DNA from: a virus
Direction: 5' to 3' (one strand)
Virus record (IMG/VR): IMGVR_UViG_3300020442_000006
Span: 96,001 to 160,000 of that record
DNA: 64,000 bases
The first letter of the stretch is position 1; each line of letters begins with the position of its first letter. Position numbers and translations under genes: made by a program. The notes beneath the pieces were generated by a model. The model was not told the origin of the DNA, did not search any database, and saw only the letters and a list, made by a program, of their open reading frames with translations. Of the stretch, positions 57,438-64,000 are shown piece by piece.

Positions 57438-58242
57438 AGTTCGTGATGAGAAGTTCTTTACGTTTAGATTGTTCTTTGTTGTAGTTGCCTGTAGATCTCA
57501 TTGTATATGTGAGATCCCATTCTGTTTGATTATAACCTGTAAACAGACCACGAGTGTTCTCGTTTGAGTTGTACGTGATCATCCAGTTACAGGTGGACTC
57601 ATCACATACACGTGCGAAACGTTTGTGATCGAATCCTTTGTGCATAGAACCCTTGGTTCCATACAGAAAATCTTTGATGTCGTAAGGAGGATCTAGGAAA
57701 CAGAATACATCCCTATCATCAGTCATCAATTCTTCATAGTCATTGTTAGTGATCTCCCAATGCTCAATGATCTGACCATAGTGTGCTAGTTTCTTGATAC
57801 CTTTCTTACTGAAGTTTGATACTGATGCCTGCTTAGAAAATGAACTGTTCTCTGTCAGTCCAGAGAATGAACACTTATTAAGAATGTAAAAGTAAACTGC
57901 TTGTTGATACTCAGGTACCTTGTCGATGTCCTCTCTACATTTGAGGAATAGATCTTTCGCTTTCTCTTCTGTATCGTGAGCATTCTTGATACCCATCAGA
58001 GTATCACTCAAATCATATCCACGATCTTGTAGTACAACCCAGAAGTTATACAGATAATAATAAGTATCATTCACCCATACAGGTGTGTCTGGATTGCACT
58101 TAGAGAAATGAATTGCCATAGAACCACCACCGAGGAATGGTTCACGAAACTCTTTGATATGGTCAGGAAACTTAGGATACAGTTTTGCAGCAGCACGTGA
58201 CTTACCACCAGGATAACGCAGCGGTGTTTTGTACGATTTCAT
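57403..58242 (-). CDS. dam: DNA adenine methyltransferase (Dam/D12 class)
   Basis: LRYPGGKSR, EPFLGGGS, FLDPPY; start at MKSYKT. Confidence 0.93.
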   Translation of the reverse strand: MKSYKTPLRYPGGKSRAAAKLYPKFPDHIKEFREPFLGGGSMAIHFSKCNPDTPVWVNDTYYYLYNFWVVLQDRGYDLSDTLMGIKNAHDTEEKAKDLFLKCREDIDKVPEYQQAVYFYILNKCSFSGLTENSSFSKQASVSNFSKKGIKKLAHYGQIIEHWEITNNDYEELMTDDRDVFCFLDPPYDIKDFLYGTKGSMHKGFDHKRFARVCDESTCNWMITYNSNENTRGLFTGYNQTEWDLTYTMRSTGNYNKEQSKRKELLITNYVKAPQGLPFN

Positions 58243-58243
58243 A

Positions 58244-58414
58244 CTACTGGGTGACATCATATTCAATAGTAATTACTTTAGAAGACCGTCCGTTGGATTC
58301 AACTCGACGACTTCTAGTCATCTTACCACCGATTCGCTGTGCTGCATACTCTAGATCTGCAAGGATTTCCTTTTCAAGATCTTCGTATGGATCATAAAAC
58401 CTGTCAACTTTCAT
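58244..58414 (-). CDS. small hypothetical protein (56 aa)
   Basis: Manual ORF MKVDRFYDPYEDLEKEILAD...VITIEYD fills the operon gap. Confidence 0.6.
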   Translation of the reverse strand: MKVDRFYDPYEDLEKEILADLEYAAQRIGGKMTRSRRVESNGRSSKVITIEYDVTQ

Positions 58415-59054
58415 CTGGGTTTGGTTGCATAATAGGATCGTCTTTGATCAACTTGATGTTGGTCATATTTTGACCGTAAGGACCGAAGTTAATAGGACCT
58501 GTAGGTAGTGCATTGAATGCAATGTTTGCACGGTATTCATCACCCACGTGCGGTGTTGAGAAGTGAATTAACCAACTCGGCCAGACCACCAGTGTCCCTG
58601 GACGCCACTCAGGGGCGCTACAAGCGTTCTTATACGCTGATGAGACTACTTCCATCTGATTGAAGGAACGGACCCAACAGGGGTCCTGGAACTGCGTAGG
58701 GTGTCCTGCAGTAAGATTGAAGACACCTGACCAGTATGACAGAGGGTGTCTGTGTGGTTGATGCATCCCTTCAGAGTGTGGCATCGATACGTTGCCCCAC
58801 ATCATAGAGACCTCAAACTTCCCCCACATCTCAAACTCTTGATCAACCTTAATCTCTTCCAGACATTCTTCAATCCAATCTGTAAGTGGTTGAAATGAAG
58901 GAAGGTTTTGAAGGTTACCTTTAGTAGACTGTACAGGATGTGGAAAGTTAAACATACCACGTTCAATAGGATCAAGAGCATCCAAGATAGGATCTACAAG
59001 ATCAGGTCTTTCAAAGGTAAAGATCTCAACAGGAAAGATGTGGTGCTTTTTCAT
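58404..59054 (-). CDS. 2OG-Fe(II) oxygenase (TIGR02466-like)
   Basis: HQPHRH...WSGVF...WPSWLIH...RANIAFN. Confidence 0.88.
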   Translation of the reverse strand: MKKHHIFPVEIFTFERPDLVDPILDALDPIERGMFNFPHPVQSTKGNLQNLPSFQPLTDWIEECLEEIKVDQEFEMWGKFEVSMMWGNVSMPHSEGMHQPHRHPLSYWSGVFNLTAGHPTQFQDPCWVRSFNQMEVVSSAYKNACSAPEWRPGTLVVWPSWLIHFSTPHVGDEYRANIAFNALPTGPINFGPYGQNMTNIKLIKDDPIMQPNPDES

Positions 59055-59134
59055 TTCTTGAACACTCCGAGTCTAGCGAAAAGATAGACTGTAAGTGTTG
59101 TCCAAAAAACAATTTCTAATCCAATGTGATTCAT
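59051..59134 (-). CDS. 27-aa single-TM peptide
   Basis: MNHIGLEIVFWTTLTVYLFARLGVFKK with ATGA overlaps at both ends. Confidence 0.6.
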   Translation of the reverse strand: MNHIGLEIVFWTTLTVYLFARLGVFKK

Positions 59135-59730
59135 TTTCTCCAAGCGAACATAGAATCATACGTTGCCATATGACTGTTAATTTCATTTATATCTCTGAAC
59201 TCTGCTACAGCAACATTCACTGCTTCAGCGTTGTAATCGTGACCGATGCATAGACCACCCTTTTTAATTTTAGGATACCAATCATTCAGTTCACGTTTTA
59301 CTTGTTCGTAATCCAACCAAGCATCAAAGAAAATAAAGTCGAATGTCTCATCGTCACACCTTTCATAAAGGGTATCTGTATTACCCTTCCAAAGTTCAGA
59401 ACGTTCAGAGCAACCAGACCATTTGATATGGTGCTTAGCGATCCATTCGTGTGTCTCCATCTGTGCAGGAGAGGTAGAGTTCAAAGGACCATCACCGTTA
59501 GGATTCATATAATCCGTGTATGGTTCCCAGTTATCAATACCATACAACTTCTTCACGTTAGGACAGTTCTGCAAAATAGTCAGGTGACTTTCTGCACGAA
59601 AGACTCCAAGTTCTAGACCAATAAGATCTTTACCGTGGAGTCCGATCAACAGGATTGCTGATCTAATATCTGTCAGAGCATCTACAAAGTTGTACTCTTT
59701 TGGATAACGAAGTTTCATTTGAACTGGCAC
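59131..59730 (-). CDS. class I SAM-dependent methyltransferase (Methyltransf_24-like)
   Basis: GLELGVF, GIDNW, FDFIFFDA, GGLCIGHDY. Confidence 0.85.
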   Translation of the reverse strand: MPVQMKLRYPKEYNFVDALTDIRSAILLIGLHGKDLIGLELGVFRAESHLTILQNCPNVKKLYGIDNWEPYTDYMNPNGDGPLNSTSPAQMETHEWIAKHHIKWSGCSERSELWKGNTDTLYERCDDETFDFIFFDAWLDYEQVKRELNDWYPKIKKGGLCIGHDYNAEAVNVAVAEFRDINEINSHMATYDSMFAWRK

Positions 59731-60656
59731 CTCATCATAAGTTCAGTAAGGAAAGCAACCAAGTTAATCTCTTGGTCAGCAACAAATGCTGCCTTGTATT
59801 GATACTCACCTATCAGTAGGACTGCCTCAGGAATAGACTGAGGTTGAAAGTGTGTGTAGAGACTGTCGTAAACATTCCTAATGATCTGTGTAGGTTCATT
59901 GTCCAGATTCTGAACAACCCACTTCTTCATCTTAGTAAACTCTTTCTCCTTGAGAAACTTTACTAGGTCGTCAAGTTTAGTATCAGATACAGCAGCAAGA
60001 ACACCAGTGTCAATCTTACCAATGGAAGAATAACGTTGGAGTTCATTGAGAGTCCTCCTAAAGTCAGGGAAATATTTTTGTACTAGCGCCGCCAGAACGC
60101 GAGGTTCTGAAGTGACCTTGTTTTCGTCAAGGATGGACTGGATGCGCTTGAAAAACTCTGCTGCGAGTTGTTGCTTTTCTTTTCCTGTGATGGAGAAGTC
60201 AACAACTGAGCAGCGAGAATGGAGGGGTGCGATGATTTTGTTTTTGTAGTTGCAAGTGAAGATGAATCTACAGTTGCCACTAAACTCTTCAATGCTTGCC
60301 CGTAGGAGGAGTTGAACATCAGGGGTTGTGTTATCTGCCTCGTCAATGATGATGACTTTGTGTTTAGCAGTTGCAGTAAGCGATACGGTCGAAGCGAAAT
60401 TCTTCGCATTGTTTCTGACTGTATCGAGAAACCTTCCTTCGTCTGATCCGTTGATGACATAATAGTCTGCCTCTAACTGTTCGCACAATGCTTTTGCTAC
60501 TGTTGTCTTGCCAATACCAGGAGGTCCAGACAGCAGCAGATTGGGAATCTCACCCTTCTCCACAAATTTGTTTAGTACACTCTTGATATTCTCAGGCAGG
60601 ATGCAATCGTCAATCTTACGAGGACGATATTGTTCACACCAAAGAAAATCACTCAT
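59715..60656 (-). CDS. gp44: clamp loader large subunit gp44
   Basis: YRP, GPPGIGKT, IIDEAD, FPDFRR. Confidence 0.97.
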   Translation of the reverse strand: MSDFLWCEQYRPRKIDDCILPENIKSVLNKFVEKGEIPNLLLSGPPGIGKTTVAKALCEQLEADYYVINGSDEGRFLDTVRNNAKNFASTVSLTATAKHKVIIIDEADNTTPDVQLLLRASIEEFSGNCRFIFTCNYKNKIIAPLHSRCSVVDFSITGKEKQQLAAEFFKRIQSILDENKVTSEPRVLAALVQKYFPDFRRTLNELQRYSSIGKIDTGVLAAVSDTKLDDLVKFLKEKEFTKMKKWVVQNLDNEPTQIIRNVYDSLYTHFQPQSIPEAVLLIGEYQYKAAFVADQEINLVAFLTELMMRCQFK

Positions 60657-61225
60657 AATGAAATAGTATCTCCAGAGAGATGTAGATTAAATGAAAAGAT
60701 AATCTTATCCTCATATGCACGATGTGGTTGTGACTGGTGGATAAGATAGGATGGGAAGAAAATTATATCACCTTCCCTACATTCTGGTTCAATCGATTCG
60801 ATTTGTCCAGACCACGGATCAATCAACGGTGAGAAGAATGATGTGGGTTTGTGTGCTCTGCCCAGTTGAGCATAGAACACAGCGGAGTATCCAACTGCAC
60901 CGTGATTGTGTGCAGCGTGACAGGTGTTAGCGGGATACTTTTGGCACCACGCATTAGACACAAATGCTCCTGGGTTCATACTAGCAAACTCTTGAAGCGG
61001 TTCGTGCAAGATTGTCATCAATTCTTCATAGTATTCTGGGTTGCGTCCTTGAGCATAATACTTGTGGAAATCGCTATACCCACCATTGAGATAATCATCT
61101 TGCATCAAATCCTGACACTCTGGATCGTTCCAGTTAATCTTGTTCAAGAAATACATCTTGATAGTTTCCCAGTCACGAACTGAGTGGATATAAACTGGAA
61201 CTTTGAAGAGGTCAGTTTGCTTCAT
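60653..61225 (-). CDS. 2OG-Fe(II) oxygenase (TIGR02466-like)
   Basis: HAAHNH...YSAVFY...FFPSYLIH...SFN. Confidence 0.85.
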   Translation of the reverse strand: MKQTDLFKVPVYIHSVRDWETIKMYFLNKINWNDPECQDLMQDDYLNGGYSDFHKYYAQGRNPEYYEELMTILHEPLQEFASMNPGAFVSNAWCQKYPANTCHAAHNHGAVGYSAVFYAQLGRAHKPTSFFSPLIDPWSGQIESIEPECREGDIIFFPSYLIHQSQPHRAYEDKIIFSFNLHLSGDTISL

Positions 61226-61905
61226 TTGCCTTTGGGTTCTAGAGCGATGTAGTATTCAAGCGGTGTGCCAGTAGATTGGAAGTGTCCGATCTTGTTCTTA
61301 GCAATACGAACTTTGTAATCACCTGGGAGGAGTCTGAGGTTCTCAACCTTGAAACAATAACAGAACTCATCGTCAGGATCTTTGAGAGTACCTACAGGAA
61401 CACTGAATGTGTTGCTAGTCTCGTTCTTCTTGTCGCATACCATCAGGTTAATGTTCCCACCACCATTGTACAGACATAGATCAGGCACTTGGTAGACGGA
61501 AGCAGCACGGAGAAGGTCAGCAAGAGTATCAGTACGAAGATTAAATTCAACATCTACCCCAGGGATGTCCAGTTCCTTGGACGGAGGTTTCGTGATGATG
61601 TCAGGGTCCGAGTAGTAATACTGCGTCCTCGCTTGGTGGATCTCGTCTTTGATCTCAAGTTTCTGAGGGTCACTGAAGTCAAAAATTGGACTCTCAAACA
61701 ACGAGAGACCAGAGAGGAACAGACCCAAGTCATAAATCGGGACCTGCTGAGGGAACTTTTCAGCAACTTCGACAGAAGCATAAATGTTGCGGTTGACAGA
61801 GATCGTACGGATTCTACTGCCAGGATCGATAACGATCGACTTATTGATAGTAGCAAAGTTTTTGAGGATTGATTGAGTTTTTTTAGAGATCTTGACTGTG
61901 CTCAT
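61222..61905 (-). CDS. gp45: sliding clamp gp45
   Basis: LKNFATINKSI, IYDLGLFL, LLPGDY, YYIALEP. Confidence 0.96.
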   Translation of the reverse strand: MSTVKISKKTQSILKNFATINKSIVIDPGSRIRTISVNRNIYASVEVAEKFPQQVPIYDLGLFLSGLSLFESPIFDFSDPQKLEIKDEIHQARTQYYYSDPDIITKPPSKELDIPGVDVEFNLRTDTLADLLRAASVYQVPDLCLYNGGGNINLMVCDKKNETSNTFSVPVGTLKDPDDEFCYCFKVENLRLLPGDYKVRIAKNKIGHFQSTGTPLEYYIALEPKGK

Positions 61906-62195
61906 TGAGGATACTGTTCAGTGATTTTTTCTTTTTGGGAGAAGTGATATAGAAGGACTGCGTAATGCATCACCTTGAGGAGATCCATTTTAGAGGATCC
62001 CTTCTTATCATAACGAGAGGCATACTTAAGGATGTTGCTCCTACAGAATGCCTCGGCATCACCACACGCTTCAATTAGATCAAGTGTTTGAATCTGATCA
62101 TTGCCTGCTGAATAGTGACCTTGATATGTTCCTGAGATGTAGTCTTTCAAAGTGGTGATAGTTTCACCTTCTTCATACTTAAACGACATAACCAT
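61902..62195 (-). CDS. DUF3310-like protein
   Basis: HYS, FCRSNILKYASRYDKK, DLLKVMHYA. Confidence 0.75.
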   Translation of the reverse strand: MVMSFKYEEGETITTLKDYISGTYQGHYSAGNDQIQTLDLIEACGDAEAFCRSNILKYASRYDKKGSSKMDLLKVMHYAVLLYHFSQKEKITEQYPQ

Positions 62196-62343
62196 ACTGT
62201 TCGCGTAGAATTTTTTTGTAAGGTTTACCCAATGCTCTTAGTTCAGTAACAAGTTTGAGTTTGTTGTGAAGAGCGGTGTCGCCACCCAGTTTAAGGGCAG
62301 CGACAACAGTGAGGAGTTCCTCATCATTAATTGGGAGGTCCAT
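62179..62343 (-). CDS. small hypothetical protein (54 aa)
   Basis: Manual ORF MDLPINDEELLTVVAALKLGGDTALHNKLKL. Confidence 0.65.
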   Translation of the reverse strand: MDLPINDEELLTVVAALKLGGDTALHNKLKLVTELRALGKPYKKILREQYGYVV

Positions 62344-62369
62344 AGAATACCTTTAGTTTAACAGATTGA

Positions 62370-63461
62370 TCACCCCAAGTCAACATCAGTACCACTTAGA
62401 GGTACAACTTTGTCACCTTCGGGTGCGAAGTCCGCGTCAATCTTATCATAGAGTTCAAAGAATGCTTGCTTAGTTTCCTCATCGAAACGATTGATGGAGA
62501 ACTTGATAGCATCTTCCTTGGAACCGAAGATATTGAATGCCTTGGCAATGTGAACCAAACGACGAGTAGAGATCAACTCATCGATACCACCCTCAGCAAA
62601 AGTCCTGCGGATGATGGATGCCCAGTCAGCAAGACGCTTGCAGAAGTCAGCATCATCACAGATACCTTTAAGGATTTTAGTTTCAGTAACTACAGATGGG
62701 TAGTCCTGTTCGAGGGTAATAGCAAAACGCTCTAGGAATGCTTCATTGAGAACATTGGTTCCAACAAAGCGACCGTCATCGCTGCCTTTACCTTTAGTAT
62801 TTGCAGTTGCAATAACATTGAATCCAGGGGCGGGTTTTACATAGCGACCAATCTTCTTAAGGAATACACCTTTGCCTTCAAGGACAGACTGGAGACAGAG
62901 AATCTTGTTTGATGCAAGGTCTACTTCGTCTAGAAGCAGCACAGTTCCTTTCTCCAGAGCATCGATGACTGGTCCATTGTGCCAGACAGTATTACCATCA
63001 ACAAGACGAAACCCACCAATAAGATCATCTTCGTCGGTTTCAATCGTGATGTTAACGCGAATCAACTCCCTATTTAGAGAAGCACACGCTTGCTCGACAC
63101 CAAGTGTCTTACCATTTCCTGACAATCCTTGGATGTAGGTAGGGTAGAACGCTTTGCTTTTGATAACTTTTTTGATTGTGCTGTAGTTACCGAAAGGAAC
63201 GTAGTTAGGATCTGATGCAGGAACAAGAGATACTGATGGAGCAACTGATGCCTCGAACTGCTTACGTGCTTCAGCAACTGTGAGTTGCCATTTGTTGTAT
63301 CCAGTTTTGTACTGCTTCATACGCTTCTTGACAGTAGCAAGAGAGCATCCGAAGTGATCAGAAGCAGAGAGAAGGTTAGGAACAGAAACTTCTGGTCCGA
63401 AGTTCTCTACAAGATAGTTGAAGAAGTCTTCGGTTGTGTAAGGGATGGGATCGAAAGGCAT
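62370..63461 (-). CDS. cobS: CobS-like MoxR AAA+ ATPase
   Basis: GLSGNGKT, DEDDLIGG, LLLDEVD, ATANTKGKG, LNEAFLERF. Confidence 0.92.
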   Translation of the reverse strand: MPFDPIPYTTEDFFNYLVENFGPEVSVPNLLSASDHFGCSLATVKKRMKQYKTGYNKWQLTVAEARKQFEASVAPSVSLVPASDPNYVPFGNYSTIKKVIKSKAFYPTYIQGLSGNGKTLGVEQACASLNRELIRVNITIETDEDDLIGGFRLVDGNTVWHNGPVIDALEKGTVLLLDEVDLASNKILCLQSVLEGKGVFLKKIGRYVKPAPGFNVIATANTKGKGSDDGRFVGTNVLNEAFLERFAITLEQDYPSVVTETKILKGICDDADFCKRLADWASIIRRTFAEGGIDELISTRRLVHIAKAFNIFGSKEDAIKFSINRFDEETKQAFFELYDKIDADFAPEGDKVVPLSGTDVDLG

Positions 63462-63491
63462 TTGTTTTAGTGTGTTTGTTTGTATGAATTA

Positions 63492-63536
63492 AGTATAGGG
63501 CATCTGTGGCACAGATGGTAGGTCAGTGTGCCACTT
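63492..63536 (-). promoter_or_regulatory. promoter with AAGTGGCACAC box and internal palindrome
   Basis: Box at 63526-63536, -10 TATACT at 63492-63497. Confidence 0.55.
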
Positions 63537-64000
63537 ATGCGATTGTCTTACTAAGAGAAGAAAGCATTTTCTTGTTGCTGTTCTTGCCTTTGTAAAGTTT
63601 CTTGAAGGCGGCACGGATCTGCTTGAGTTCTGCACCATCAACAACATCGATAGACTCAGACTCCTCCAGATTGTTTGTAGGCATAACATAGAGTACATCG
63701 TACTTGGACTCATCGATCTGCACGAACTTCTCCTTCTTGAACTTTTCGTGAGCAAGGTCAACCCTCTTGAGGCAACCCATATAACCTAGTTGACGAAGGT
63801 AAGATGCTGTGTCACGAGGAGAGATAAGACGGAAACCGATAGTAGTTACCTCAGGGAATCTGTCCTTAAGGTTCTCAAGGAAGACGTTGAGTTGGTAAGA
63901 AGGATGATCTTCTTTCTCATAGATCTTGCCGATCTTACGGTCACGAAGTTGGCACCTACGTCCGTATGTATTCTCGAACAACCTTCCAGAGAAGAGGTTG
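63535..64000 (-). CDS. CobT-like/VWA-domain protein, C-terminal part (runs off window end)
   Basis: Open to the window edge; LKDRFPEVTTIGFRL; usual partner upstream of cobS in T4-like phages. Confidence 0.65.
   Translation of the reverse strand, partial: NLFSGRLFENTYGRRCQLRDRKIGKIYEKEDHPSYQLNVFLENLKDRFPEVTTIGFRLISPRDTASYLRQLGYMGCLKRVDLAHEKFKKEKFVQIDESKYDVLYVMPTNNLEESESIDVVDGAELKQIRAAFKKLYKGKNSNKKMLSSLSKTIA

Noticed and set aside
62370-63461. cobS as a cobalamin-synthesis AMG
   Set aside because: No cobN or other cob genes; fits the MoxR-type ATPase common in T4-like phages

Overview
64-kb segment of a T4-like marine cyanomyovirus. The host is most likely Synechococcus, judging by a D1 with the long C-terminal extension. 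Almost all genes are on the minus strand. In order: tail/baseplate module (hub, two paralogous tape-measure-like proteins, gp51, gp26, tail-tube-like, gp2, gp4, gp48, gp53); gp32/gp33/exonuclease/phoH/thyX/rnh/glutaredoxin; an accessory island (outer-membrane-like protein, tRNA-Ser, 1218-aa protein, psbA, lysozyme, three hli, tRNA-Arg, GIY-YIG nuclease, talC, riboswitch-led small ORFs); nrdB/nrdA/primase; a block of probable internal-head proteins and enzymes; a DenV-like gene, a manA-like RNA, mazG, gp41, uvsX, gp43, hsp20; a cassette of envelope-targeted proteins; regA/gp62/dam/gp44/gp45; and a CobS-like AAA+/VWA pair. Six 2OG-Fe(II) oxygenases and CP12 are interspersed. No CRISPR array, intron or intein was seen. 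The best leads are: (1) a tandem glutamine-riboswitch-like RNA whose second unit carries a whole 54-aa ORF inside its P2 stem; (2) a T_TTT_TTC -1 slippery site that would fuse gp26 to gp51 just upstream of the tape-measure-like genes; (3) capsid-targeting-signal-bearing enzymes and protease-site-punctuated polyproteins; (4) a ROSE-like thermometer on hsp20; (5) a Tlde1/LD-transpeptidase-like domain on a tail protein; (6) a repeated AAGTGGCACAC promoter box, plus HLR1-like sites at hli and psbA. All family assignments are from motif recognition by eye, not from database searches.
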